NCBI RefSeq assembly: GCF_006345805.1
Contig: NC_043003.1
Coordinates: forward strand, 51,274,001-51,338,000
DNA: 64,000 bases
Reading direction: 5' to 3'
Source of the DNA: Octopus sinensis
Taxonomy: Eukaryota
Below the pieces are notes generated by a model. That model worked only from the letters and a program-made list of their open reading frames with translations. It did not search any database and was not told the origin of the DNA. Shown one piece after another: positions 1 to 13,100 of this stretch (position 1 is its first letter; each line of letters opens with the position of its first letter). Made by a program: the position numbers and the translations under genes.

Positions 1-330
1 GGAGATTTGACAGCTACTTTTAGCATGCGAGCGATAGTGCAGTGGCTTCTTGGCTGACTCGTCGTCTGTTGTCGTTGTCTAAGTGTAGGTAGTCTTAGAA
101 ATAGAGACAACACAATTTATAGGTCACTGGCAGTTCAAGCCAGAATATAAACTGTCTCGGAAGTAACATAATGTCGACCGTCGTCCTGCATTGACGATGG
201 ATATTAAAAGCAGAGTTCATTGTTCGGGTATTTACTGCCTTGTCTGTTACAGTCATTTAGCGAACTTCTTTAAAAATATGTTCACTTACAATAAAAGCGT
301 TGTAATCTTACGTAGATTTGGGGTTCATAG
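1..330 (+). promoter_or_regulatory. CpG-enriched, promoter/first-exon-like region with ETS-type CGGAAGT at 158-164
   Basis: CpG density is visibly higher than in neighbouring introns, and the CGGAAGT motif lies upstream of the TMEM59 exons. Assignment to TMEM59 is inference. Confidence 0.35.
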
Positions 331-1849
331 TGTTCTTAAAATATTCCTTAATTTTTAAATTGTAAACTTTGGATTATCCATTTAATTTTGTAAATAATTC
401 GAGTTGTTGCTATTTTGAGCATCTCATGTTTTTGTACATCGGAGACTGCATTATCCAAATGCGTATGACTAATGGATGATTTAGCAGCTATTTCTAGCAG
501 TTCGAGTACCTGTGCAGACCTTGCTAGTTTTGTGCCAATTATGTCTTTTTGTTCGACCCTGGGTTAGTTCTGATTAGAGATGTCCGAGTTGCGATCATCG
601 TCTTATTTATTTATTTGTCGAACTTCGGTTCGATGGTTATGTTATTTTTAATATGTGCAGTGATTATGCCCACAGTTTAGCTAAGTGAATTGATGCCATG
701 GTCAGCAGAGAATAGATTAGGTCATCTGACATCAGGAACAAGTTCAAATCTACAGATGTCATTTATCGTTGTATTCTTGGTCATCAACAATATCCATATA
801 GCTCGTTCTCCAAACGGAAATGGCATGTTTTATTCACATCCATCGTTTCACTGCATGTGCATATGTATTAATAGAGAACAGAATAAGCAATTATTTCAGA
901 TATTTCATTCTATTATAGGTGCAGCTATGGCTGTGAGGTTAAGAAGTTTGTTTTGTAACCATGTAATTTAGGGCTAGTTCCCACTGCATGGCACTACGGT
1001 GTAGGGGGGTATCTTTTATGGCCTTAGACTGACCAATGCCTTGTGGGTGGAATTGGTAAATGAAAACTGCGAGAATACTATGACTTTGTAGTTAAGAAGT
1101 TTGCTCCCCAAGCATATGGCTACAGGTTCAGTCCCACTCTGTGACACCTTTAGCAAGTGTCCTCTGCTATAGTTCTGGGTTGCCCAAAGCCTTGTGGGCA
1201 GGTTTGGTAGATGGAAACTGAATGAAGTCCATCATATATGTATGTCAGGTTTGACAGGACCTCATGGTTCCTAGAATCACATCCTTCTCCAATGTACTTG
1301 TATCCTCAGTTAAGTGGTTGGCGATAGGATAGGGCATCCAGTTATAGAAAACAAGCCAAAAGATACATGCAAGCACCAGTCTCTGGGAGCAGTACCCTTC
1401 AATAAGAAATGACTCCAACAATGGCTATCTGTTTATCCCATGCAAACATGAAAACAAATGTAAACTGATGGTGATTATATATATATATATAGGTGTGTTT
1501 GCATCATGCATTTGTGTTGACATTTGCATGGTGTCCATATAAACGATGTATTTATTTATAAGCTGCTATGAAAATCTGTCTATTGAGCTGTCATTCAAAA
1601 GGCTTGGAGAAATATTACCTTACTTAGGAACAGGCATAGGTTGACAACAGTGAGAACTTCTGCCTCAATAAGTCTGACATATACCTGCATGGAAAATTGG
1701 AAGTTAGAATTATGATGAATAAAATCACTCCAACTTCAAAAAATTAAATTTTCTTTGTCATTATATATTTGTGGCTTCTGAATTTCCTTTAAGATTCTGT
1801 AGCTCCTGTGTGGCAGGTGTTGGAGAATAAATGTTAGAAGCATTTGGAG

Positions 1850-3175
1850 CAAATGATGTTGACTTCATAGAAACTTTACTACAGACAATTATATGACCAA
1901 GTGGTAAGTTAATGGGAGATTAATTTGCTTCAACTTCATTAATTTCAATAATCTTAAATTAAAGATTATTAGCTGCTTCACGAAGCTTACTACTTTTTAT
2001 TACCTCCAGACTAAGATTATGCTTGGGTAAAAATGTTTAGAAGCTATTTATTCAATCAACACAGAGTTTTTGATCTTCACATTTAACACTGGCTGTATTT
2101 TTACCATGCATTTTCAGGAAATGTCATTGTATCGATCTAGCTGTAAACCATTTGTCCAACTTCCATAAAATCAAAAGTGGTTATTGTTACTCTTGTATGC
2201 CAAATAATTTCTCAGCTGGAGGTAACTTGCATACACCATATGCATTAATTTGATTGAAAACACCTTTAACAAATGCTCCTCAACCTTTCCGACTGATGGT
2301 CTGTAACTTTTAGATGCAGTCTTGATTATTCACAGAGTCCTAGTGCTGCATCATTAGATTTTTGACTATTGGTAGGACTTTGAATTTTTCTTGCAGTTTA
2401 ATCAGTCTTTTAACTGACTGAAATTTTGTCAATTGTCTGATACTAGTATATTTGGAACTTCATTTTCTGAGCATGTACTGAATTATAAAATGGCATTAAT
2501 CCAAGTTGTGACTGAATCACCTATAATCAGCATGTATCTAGTGTTTTGTCTGTATTCCTAATTTATATACAATCTTTCACAAAGCTGTGATTCAGTCCAC
2601 TTACTAGTATAGAGGGTGTCTTTTGATCTGATTTCAGCATACATCACAAGATCTGTCAAATTCTTCAGTACCTCTATCAAGATTAGGTCACCACCAACAG
2701 CTTTTATCAGACATTAGATGATGATTCTTTAGCCTAACGTTGCACTTTAAAAAATTCAAGGTACTCCATTCAAGAGGCACTAGTCTAGGCCAATCTTTTT
2801 CAGCAATCTTTAAGCAGTCATAAATTGTACATGTGTTAAAATGATCTTTCTTGATTGAACATGAGTAAAAATAATTTCATTGCTTATTTCAGACTGTAAT
2901 GTGTTTGTAAAGAATGCTTTTCCAAATAAGTCTGACTTATACTTTGGTCTAAGATTATCAGCATAACTGGTTTTACCTAGAATGTAAATAATTTTGAAAT
3001 GGTATTGTGCTAATATCCAATTCCACTGGAGAAGCTGCTGAGAATCTAGCCTGTAAACATCAAGATATTTTGCAAAAAATAATTTGCAATGACTAATAAG
3101 TTTCTGACATGAAAAATTTGGTCTGATAGAAATGTCAATCTTTCAACACACCATTGTATATAGCATAGATTTCAT
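1850..3175 (-). mobile_element. Degenerate Gypsy/Ty3 LTR-retrotransposon pol (RNase H C-terminus to integrase)
   Basis: Manual minus-strand translation gives IEHEIYAI (~IEKEALAI), QLLQWNWILAQYHFKIIYILGKTSYADNLR (~RLQRW...YDFKIIYIPGK...ADALSR) and EVPNILVSDN (integrase 'SDNG' region). Many stops and frameshifts. Confidence 0.65.
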
Positions 3176-4668
3176 GTTCAATCATCATCATCATCGTTTA
3201 GCGTCCGTTTTCCATGCTAGCATGGGTTGGACGGTTCTACTGGGGTCTGTGAAGCCAGAAGGCTTCATCAGGCCCAGTCAAATCTGGCAGTGTTTCTACG
3301 GCTGGATGCCCTTCCTAATGCCAACCACTCCGTGAGTGTAGTGGGTGCTTTTTACGTGCCACCTACACAGGTGCCAGACAGAGCTGGCAAATGGCCACGA
3401 ACGGATGGTGCTTTTTATGTGCCACCGGCACGAGGGCCAGGCGAGGCTGGCAGCGGACACGAACGGATGGTGCTTTTTACATGCCACCGGCACGAGGCCA
3501 GTTGGGGCGGCGCTGGCAACGGTCGCAAAACGGAAGGTTCTCTTACATGCCACCGGCACTGGTAACACATCTGCAATTTCCATTGATCGATTTCGATTCT
3601 GATCCTCACTTGCCTCAACAGGTCTTCACAAGTAGAGTTTCGACATGCCACCGGCACTGGTAACACATCTGCAATTTCCATTGAACGATTTCGATTCTGA
3701 TCCTCACTTGCCTCAACAGGTTTTCACAAGTAGAGTTTTGTGTCCCAAGAAGGGAAGGTATGCATACGTAGGCTGGCTCCATCCCATGTAGAAGGCCACG
3801 GGTTATGGATTCACTTGTCCTGCCAGGTCTTCTCGCGCACAGCACACTTCCAGAGGTCTCGGTCTCTAGTCATTTCCTCAGTGAGACCTAAAGTTTGAAG
3901 GTCGTGCTTCACCACCTCGTCCCAGGTTTTCCTGGGTCTGCCTCTTCCGCAGGTTCCCTCAACCGCTAGGGTGTGGCACTTTTTCACACAACTATCTTCA
4001 TCCATTCTCGCCACATGACCATACCAGCGCAAACGTCTCTCTTGCACACCACAACTGATGCTTCTTAGGTCCAGCTTTTCTCTCAAGGTACTTACACTCT
4101 GCCGAGTATGAGCACTGACATTACACATCCAGCGGAGCATACTGGCTTCATTTCTTGCGAGCTTATGCATATCCTCAGCAGTCACGGCCCATGTTTCACT
4201 GCCATGTAGCATGGCTGTTCGTACACACGCATCATACAGTCTGCCTTTCACTCTGTGCGAGAGGCCTTTTGTCACCAGCAGAGGTAAGAGCTCTCTGAAC
4301 TTTGCCCAAGCTATTCTTACTCTAGCAGTTACACTTTCAGCACACCCGCCCCCGCTGCTGACTCGGTCACCTAGGTAACGGAAACTATCAACTATTTCTA
4401 GTTTTTCTCCCTGGAAAGTGACGGAAGTTGGTCTCAGAGCATTTTCAGTGTTTACTGTTCCTGAGCATCTGCCACATACAAAAACCATCTTCTTAGTTAG
4501 CCTTCCTTTGACATTGTTGCACCTCTTATGTGTCCATAGCTTACACTTGGTGCATCTTATAGAGTTTCTACCTACACCTTTTCTACAGATCGAGCAGGGC
4601 CATCTACCTGAAGGCGTTTGTGATTTGTCTACCTTCCTACTGATTACGACTTTGGTTTTAGCTATGAT
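3176..4668 (-). mobile_element. 5'-truncated RTE-X-type LINE: RT C-terminus, Cys-rich finger, 3' UTR and (GAT)n tail
   Basis: ORF 3811-4731 contains AKTKV, CSIC..GVGRNSIRC..C..W.HKRC, FRYLGD, LHGSETW, RLRWYGHV.RM and GRGRPRKTW. The 3' UTR runs continuously to the (GAT)n tail at 3181-3192. Confidence 0.88.
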
Positions 4669-4669
4669 C

Positions 4670-5130
4670 CTAAATTCCTGAATACTAAATATATGACTAA
4701 TATATACTATGGGCTTTCCATTTTGAAACATTTTCCCTGTTGCTGCAAATTCAGATGCATCAACAGTGAGTTTGTTTCACACTTGATAGAGAATGTTGCT
4801 GAAATACAGTATTGTATGTTTTATTTCTAAAAGGTCTATTTTTGATATAATCTTTAAGTAAAGACATTCCTTTTTTGTGCAAGAGGCTCAAATATGTTTA
4901 TAAAATTTAGGATAAATAGCTTATCAACCCCAAATATTTCTGAATTTCTTCTTTCTATTTAGAAAAACCAGTCTGTTGAATCTTGTCTTATTAGAGTAAA
5001 TGGTAGTTTGATCCCATTCATTGAATTATTTATAGAAAATCTATGGTAGATGCATAATTACTTCATTTATTTGGATTAATTGATATGTTGGTTTCTTTCA
5101 CTTTAAGAATTAACAGCAGTTTTTATTTTT
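4670..5130 (-). mobile_element. Upstream part of the same Gypsy pol (RT thumb and RNase H N-terminus)
   Basis: Minus-strand IQKYLGLISY (~LQSFLGLVNY), IFEPL, and LTVDASEF...QNGKPIVYISH (~VDASEYGIGAVLLQNGKPIAYASR). Confidence 0.62.
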
Positions 5131-6789
5131 TCTTAATTAATTTTTGGTCACTGCAAAAATGATTGTATTCTGATAGATAATTATATCATTAATTAGACTC
5201 TGTACAATATTGGTAAATGATACAGCTATTTTTAAAAGCCACCTGCAATTGGTTGATTAAGTAAAGATTTTTCTCGTATTTATCACAGAACAGTCTTCAT
5301 ACAAACCAATCTGCCAGTATGTAGTCTTTAATCCTTTAGCATTCAGATTACTCTGTCAAATATAATGCTTATTTATTCACATTGTTTTGAATTAATCATG
5401 CTTGATAGCTTCAAGATGTTGATGATGTGATTGCTTATTTTTAGAATGACATTGTAAGGTAGGTGTGAGAGGCTGGATCTGGCTAGTCTGAACATGAAAC
5501 TGGTAGAATATTTGGGCCTGATATGACCACTTTGAATGCTAAGTTGGAGAGAAAAAAAGTAAAGCATTCCTCCTTGTATATCAATATAAATGGTTTGAAG
5601 AAAAGGGATGAGAAAAAGTTTGAATTATTTTGTAATCAACACATCTTTCTTTTGCACCCAAACAGTTGGTGAGGCATTATTGACACCTTTATGTAAATAT
5701 GGAATAATGATTCCCATTTCTTTGGTTGTGAAGCTCATTTTTCAACCTCAACGGATGCGTTGAACAAATGTTTTTTTTTATCTAACTGTCCCTTCTCATC
5801 CTGAAATATTAGTGTTATAATTTTTATTGATAGTAAACAGTCAGAAAAAGTAATTTATAAGCCCTTTACAATATCTGAATCAAATAAATCAGTTTTAGCA
5901 CTATTAACCTCAATGAAACTGAAGTGTTTATTTGTTTAAATCCAAGTCCAGCAACTTTGTTGTTATGCTACCACCTATCTCCAGTTTTGAACCATCATAT
6001 TAAATTGTTTGTCTGTGGTTAATGATAACTTTGTTAACAATAAAACTGTCATGGATCATGCTGCACAAATATCAACTTGCATTTGAACTAGGTATTCATT
6101 TAATTTACAAGTAATTTATTGCACAATTACTATTCAAAGCTACTTTCTCTTTGTCAGACTGTTTTAACATCAAGCTTACTGATAGATTTTGTAGAAAACT
6201 AATTTTTTGACAAAGCATTAGGATCTAAAAGGATGTGATGATTTAAAACTGCTGCAAACTTTAACTAGGTTTTACTCAGTTACTTGTCTGTAACTGCAAG
6301 GCCATTTGCCAAGGAATGTACAGGCATTCCTTAGAACTTGGCTGCACTACTGACCCAAGAGCTTATTCTTGCTCTGGCTATTCCATTACAGCTTGGCAAC
6401 CAAGTCTGAGATGGAAGCTTTAGGCCAAGTTCTTAGGCAATCAAGAATATTATTTTTGTCTGCATAGAATTGATTCTGTCAGTAAAAGCCAATTTATGCA
6501 CATTGACCCTTAACAGGAAATAAGTAGTTAGTTCTCCTTGTTTTTGCTTTAGGTCTAAAAATATAAGCTTATCTTTCTTTTAGATTCAGTTAATTTTCTC
6601 TTCTGTTTTTTTTTTACCAGTATATTTAAAATCTTCAAATGAATAATTTTGAAATGTAGAATATGGGACATCTTTAAGTTGGATATAAGCAGATTAGAAA
6701 AAGTTCAAAGGGCTTCTATTGTTGCTGGCAACAAAGGCCATAGCCTTCAGTGAAGATAGACACATATATTAAAGCTATAATGTTGTTTG

Positions 6790-7140
6790 TCAATGAAACA
6801 TGGACCTTGAATGCAGAGGATTTGAGAAGACTGGAAAGAAATGTGCCTGGTATTCACTTCTGCATATGCAATGTTAAGTGTGCAAGAGTGACAAAGTACA
6901 AATGCATTTAGAGAAAACTGAGCATAAGGGTAACCAGATATAGTGTATAAGGAAGAAGACTTTACTGTATATGGATGAGGACAGCTGTATAAAGAAGTGC
7001 TAATCACTTAATGTGGATGGAGTTTGTAGAAGAAGGAAAACATGGGACAAAGTGGTGAAGGCTGAGCTCTGGACCTTCATCCTTGCGGAGACAACAGCAA
7101 GGAACTGGAATGACTAGTGATGGGTGGTTCTTAAGAAGAC
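6790..7140 (+). mobile_element. Degenerate RTE-X LINE 3' fragment
   Basis: Decayed homologue of the 3811-4140 region (MDEDSCIKKC...GVCRRRKTWDKVVK). Confidence 0.6.
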
Positions 7141-7239
7141 CTGCCCACCACAATGAAGCAGATTCAGGAAGCCCAATTTTATTTACTTATATATATATAT
7201 ATATACACACACACACAATTGCCCTGCCCTTGTACCACC

Positions 7240-7860
7240 CAATTTCCTCTTCAAGATTTTCACCATTCATCTCTCTAAACATCACCATTCTACTGCTGTG
7301 ATTTAATGTGAGCAAAAAAACTGCATACATCGGCTTTTCCATGATATCCCTCACCCTTCTTACTACCTGAAACCATTTCACTGTTATCTAGCTTTTATTC
7401 TTAATACTGTCCTTTTCACCCACATTTTACATTGATCACTCTCCTGAGCCTCCAAATTATCTCACCTCCACTACCATATGTTTCTCTTTTCTTCTATTCA
7501 CTATTCTGCTCCACACTCTTACAACCTACCCAACTACATCATCCCTCTCTTCCCATATCTATTATTATTATTATTATTGTCTGCATTTCACGCCCTTTAC
7601 TGCACTCCCCTATTTCCCCAAGCTCGTGTCATTGGTTGCCCCTCAACCCTACCTAATTTTTACAGTTGTCATCTACTCTTTTCTCTTCTCTGCCTCTGCT
7701 ACATATCATCCCTCAACGCTTGTTCTTCAATATATACACCCTCTCACCCATTTTCTATCTTAAATCATCTCTCACTCTGTCATACACTCTTGCAACTTCT
7801 TGTTTTCCTACTCCCACTCACTCTATTCTGTGTCTTGAGGGTCCACCCTGACACGTCAGC
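7240..7860 (-). mobile_element. Degenerate RTE-like LINE fragment
   Basis: Pyrimidine-rich + strand. The minus frames give only weak RTE C-terminal-like text and are heavily decayed. Confidence 0.35.
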
Positions 7861-9477
7861 ACCACTATTATTATCACTTTCTAGTTCCAACTTGACCACT
7901 CTCATCTTCTCTCCTATAATGTGAGCAGCTGTGTAGCTCCCCTACATCAAAAAATTTGTTCCGTTCTTTCTTTCACACTTTAATTCCTCCTCCTATAACA
8001 TAAACCTGCCTCCCTCTCTACTGTATCCCCCCTCATTCGAAGGGGGATCTTAATTTTGCAGGCTGCATGATGACTTCACTAGTGCTGGTGCCATGAAAAA
8101 GGTATCCAGCACATGCTATAAAGTAGTTGGTGTTAGGAAAAGCATCCAACTGTAGAAGCCATGCTAAAGTAGACATTGAAGCACTATGCAGTCTTTGGAC
8201 CTGTTGGATTCCATCAAACTATCCAACCCATGCCAGAGTGTTAAGATATGTTACTTTTCAGAATAGAATCTGTGTGGTTTACTGTTCAACCCCAACTCCT
8301 AGCATGAACGTTTAGTTGCTTGAGGAGTTTAGAACCCCTGATTAAGGTTTTCAAGCTGCTGTTAGACTGGCTAATTTTTTGTTATAGGTCAACTCTGATT
8401 AAGCAGACCTATGATCAAAGGTATTTCAGCCATGGTCATATTGACCTTTTATTGTTATTTTGTAGAACTGCTGGCTGGGCAGAATTATTAGCTCACCAGA
8501 AAAAACGCTCAGCAGTATTTCATTCCACTTTATGTTCTTTGTTCAAATTCTGCCACAGTTGACTGTGTTTTCCATGGTTTTGGGGGGTCAATGTAATCAA
8601 TTACCCCCCCCTCCCCCCCACACACACGGAATATTTCAGGCCTTGTGGATATAGTAGAAAGAATTATTTTAGACAATAAGGCGGATATAAATTGGGGATA
8701 ATTTGGCTACTATTTCTAACAACCTGAGTGACTACTAACAGGCTCCCTCTGACTTCTGCGAAGATGATTAGTGATGGTGGTAGCACAGTTTATATAATGA
8801 TCCCGCATTTGGTCCACTTATGATTTTCCCATTCCAAGATTGGCACTCACTTCCTTTCACCCACTTTAGATGGTGGATTTAGCTGTGTAGCCTTTTATTT
8901 GAATTGTTAAGTGGCAGATGGTATTTCATGGAAGACTTTCAGTATGATGACACTATGCTACAAATATAGATATACTCTACTCTGCTTTACTGTCAAATCC
9001 TTACACATTCTCTAATTTTTGTCTATATGAAAGCTCTGTTCTTAATCATATTTGTTGACAGAAAGGAATAAAACAGTGTTACAGAGATGTAATTGCATAG
9101 CAAGTGACCTGATCTGAGATTGTGTGTTGAAACAAAAACAATTGCAGCATGGAAGGTGTTTATAAGCCATTTAAAAACACAAAAACCATTAGATTCACTT
9201 CAACATTTAAATTTGATTTGTCAAAATATTTTCGTTGCTTTCAGACCGTGACCTGTTCACTGACAAAATTCCATGCTTAAAAAAATACATTTAACGTGAC
9301 ATCTGCTGCTTTGTGAATAAATTAGTCTCTTTCATGTTGTGCATAGCAAACCCTGACTTTAACATTAATTAATGTTTATTCCATTTAGTTCCACCTCTGT
9401 AAATATACTGAAAACATGCAAAGTTATGTGTTTGAAAGAAAGAGTAAGGTTTTTTGGGGTTTTTTTTCTATGGTTAA

Positions 9478-9694
9478 CCTTTTAGCATTTAAACCAGCAA
9501 TTTCCGGCCGAGATATTTTACCTGTTTTATGTTCATATTGGCCAGATCTGGCGTCTCACACCTGCCCTATGTTATCATTTCTAAAAATAACCAATCACAT
9601 TATCAGTATATCAAAGCTGTGAGACAATGCATGATTCAAAACAAAATGAATAAACAAGCATTATATTCGAAAGAAAAATCTGAATGCTAAAGGG
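9478..9694. mobile_element. TTAA-flanked piggyBac-like MITE (related copies ~5332-5543 and ~13255-13420)
   Basis: TTAA|CCTTTTAGCA...TGCTAAAGGG|TCAA termini. The internal sequence is shared with the other copies. Confidence 0.6.
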
Positions 9695-9759
9695 TCAAAA
9701 ACTCTACAAGTTATTAGTTCTCTGAGATGTAGTTGATATACTCAGAATATTACTGCTAC

Positions 9760-10117
9760 TTATCGAAATCGAATTGAACCAGCCAGGATCCCTGGTCTGG
9801 TGGTACGTAAAAAGCACTATCCGACTCGTGGCCGATGCCAGCGCCGTTTCGACTGGCTTCCGTGCCGGTGGCACGTAAAATACACCAATCCGACCGTGGC
9901 CGTTGCCAGCCTCGCCTGGCACCTGTGCAGGTGGCACGTTAAAAGCACCCACTACACTCACGGAGTGGTTGGCGTTAGGAAGGGCATCCAGCTGTAGAAA
10001 CATTGCCAGATAAGACTGGAGCCTGGTGCAGCCTTCTGGCTTCCCAGATCCCCGGTCGAACCGTCCAACCCATGCTAGCATGGAGAACGGACGTTAAACA
10101 ATGATGATGATGATGAT
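9760..10117 (+). mobile_element. LINE-tail/SINE family copy ending in (GAT)n; other copies ~10630-10840(-), 12480-12575(-), 16060-16555(+), 23730-23895(+), 33630-33790(-), 35135-35527(+), 38040-38198(-), 40504-40682(+)
   Basis: Shared core GTAAAAAGCACCCACTACACTC..GGAAGGGCATCCAGC..CCAACCCATGCTAGCATGG plus (GAT)n; homologous to the RTE-X 3' UTR at 3181-3360. Confidence 0.85.
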
Positions 10118-13100
10118 TATCAAATTCATTCTTTTGAACTGAGAAGAGGAACATACCAAGCTTGAGGCAGTATAAGCTACATGATCACCAACACTGACTT
10201 CATAAAAATTAACTGTTTTTATTCTGCTTATAGGTGGGTAGCTGTAATTAATTCAATCTAAGTAATTATCGGTAGTTCATGACACTCTTACCAAGAGGAA
10301 TATTCAGTTAGAAAATGTTACAAACATGCAATGTTAGATTTGTAGATTTACATGGAAATGGAAAGTTATGGAAGGTTTGAAGACTTCTTCATTGGACCTA
10401 TGGGGAATGCCTCTCAGACCTAGATTATTCCTTTAGTGAATGTTGGTGATAGTGTATGTATATATATATGTGTATGTGTGTATTTTTACATTTTGTATAT
10501 AACCCTCCAATATTAAAATGATCAATTATAACTTTGGTAGTCATGTTTAGTGTATGGATACAGCTATGATAGTTTTTTTTTTTACTAGTGTTGTTTGATA
10601 GTTGGAAACTGTAGAAAGAAGTTTGTCATTCACCATCATCATTTAACATGGTTTCCATGCTGGCATGTGTTGGACAGTTTGACAGGCACTGGCAAGCCAG
10701 AGAGCTACATCAGGTTCCATAGTCAGTTTTGGTTTGGTTTGGTTTCTACAGCTGGGTGCTTTTTACGTGGTACCTGCACATGTGCTTTTTATGTGGTACC
10801 GGCACAGATGATTTTTACATGACACCAGTACCAGTGGAGTCATTAAGTAACTTGCAAAACAAAGACCTCTTAGTTGAGAAAGGGAGTGAAATCAAGGGAA
10901 GTAGCTGTGTGCTAAGCAAGAGGTTAAAGTATAATAGGGGGACAGAGATAGTTATTTTACTGTAGAAGAAATAGGTCTGCATAAGTTTTAAAAATATATT
11001 ATGAAATTATTATATATTAAAAATGTATTATTTCATAATGCATTTTTAATATATTAAAAATATATCATGAACACAAAGGGGACATGTTTTAAGAAATATT
11101 GTATTTAACTTTCTTCCATTTTTGTTGGGTGGGGAGGTTCAAGCTAGAAGAGTGATAATATCACTTTTAAAGATGTTCTCTCCTAAGACTACACTTTCAA
11201 TATAACCTATGTGAACTTGTTACAGAGAAAATGTGATTTCAGTAGTAACTATGTATTTTGTGGTTCTCAACTTGCATTCATTTTACAAGTTTGCAAAATA
11301 ACTGGTATTTCTGCAGGTGCTGTTAGTGTTATGTAAATGTTTTTATGTATATTTATGTACAGCAATCATATTGAATATCTAGTTTATATATGCTAAGATA
11401 ATAAATCATCAGCCACGTATAGACTATCACAATTGACACACAAAGACATTTGAATCAGTTAACAAGCAGACTGTTTTATCTGGTTTATTTTAAACATTAC
11501 ATTTGGTGATCAGTGTGTCATGGGCTGAAGGTTTCCAATGATAAAACTGCTTGCTTATTTCTTGATAACATGAGTAACAAAGGAACACCTATGTGACGTG
11601 AGCCAACATTCACCCAGAGCATTTTTATTCAAAAGCAGCTGTTCTTTTCTTAGTTTTCTTGTTGATATATACATGGATGATATACACCCAGCAAAACACA
11701 TTCAGCAAAGCAGTCGTTAATAGTCTTGCAATTTAATATATCTATTATCATTGACTGATAAAAATTGGATCACAAGTTGTGTGGTTGAATACAACAGCTA
11801 TTCCAGTGCATGCCAAAAGACAAACTTTGTCATTGGCTTTCACAAATACACAGTGGGACACTTCTTCCATTCTCATTAACTCTTTTGTGATAATATTTCC
11901 TTTGAAATATTCTGTTTTAATTAAACTGAAAATAAGTATTCAGAAAAATGTTAATAGTATTATCAACTTTGTCAATAGTGTTTAGTACATATTTTAAGCA
12001 GTGGTTTTAATTTGACTATGAACACCTTAAAACTGGCATATTTTGTTATAGTGTTGTGGGTTATTATTGGGTAGGTTGGTTTCAAAATGATTAATGAGAA
12101 AGAGTGGAAAGCTTCATCATCATCATCATTTAACATCTGCCTTCCATGCTGACATTATTTTAAATATTTAATTAGTTTCACACGTTCCCATACTTTGTTA
12201 GGTGAGGTGCCAATGTTGTAATGACATAGTTTTAGTAAATATAAGAAATAGTTTTGAATTTAACAATGGTAGATTTATTTGGTATTTACCGTAGCTACTA
12301 TTGTGTTTATTTTGATGATTATCCCATGGATAACCTTGATAAATAGGAACCTAAACTTTGAAGGTTGACGAATCATTCTAGTGAAATTACTAAATAGAAG
12401 TGTATATTCATTGTCTGTTAACACATTTTCATTATCTTTAGTTTAAATTACTTACTGGTCAGTTTTGATTGACCAGACCACCATCATCATCATCGTTTAA
12501 CATCCATTTTCCATGCTGGCATGGGTTGGATAGTTTGACTGAGGACTGGCAAGCCAGTAGGCTGCACCAGGCTTGGTACTATTATTAAAGAAAAAACAAG
12601 ATCACAAATCCATTGCTTACAGTGAAATCTCAGTTAAGTGAGGAACTTCGATATGCAATGTTCACTCCATGTATGTAAATAAAAAGTAAAAAATTTGTCA
12701 AAAACTTGCAAAATTTAATGTAAATACTAGAAATTTATAAATGCTATTGTAAGTGCTAAAATGTTATAAATACAAGAAAGTTGTAATTATCATGTCAGTA
12801 TTACTGTTTTTATAGTAACCTTTAGCAACCAAAGTCACATAGATAAGGAACATTTGAGTTTGCTAGTTAGAGAGATTGTACTTATTTGTGTTTAGGATCT
12901 TGAGAGATTTGCAAGTTAGTGTTTACATAATCATGTGTCACTGGCCAAGTGAATGCTGTCATGTGCATCTGTTTTCATTACATTGCAGATCTCAGGAACA
13001 TATCATTAGTCTAAGAATATCACTGTCATAAAATTACTGTCTCTAAATTCATAAATTATCAAACCTTGGTTAGCTCTCTGTGACCATCTTGGTTATGCTG

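Noticed and set aside
3132-3845. Cluster of overlapping ORFs in the track, also at 9704-10081 and 35053-35577
   Set aside because: These are artefacts of the GC-rich LINE 3' UTR subrepeats; the same text recurs in each copy.
6280-6423. CKAICQGMY frame as a missing TMEM59 exon
   Set aside because: It has a CxxxC but no suitable donor and no further similarity.
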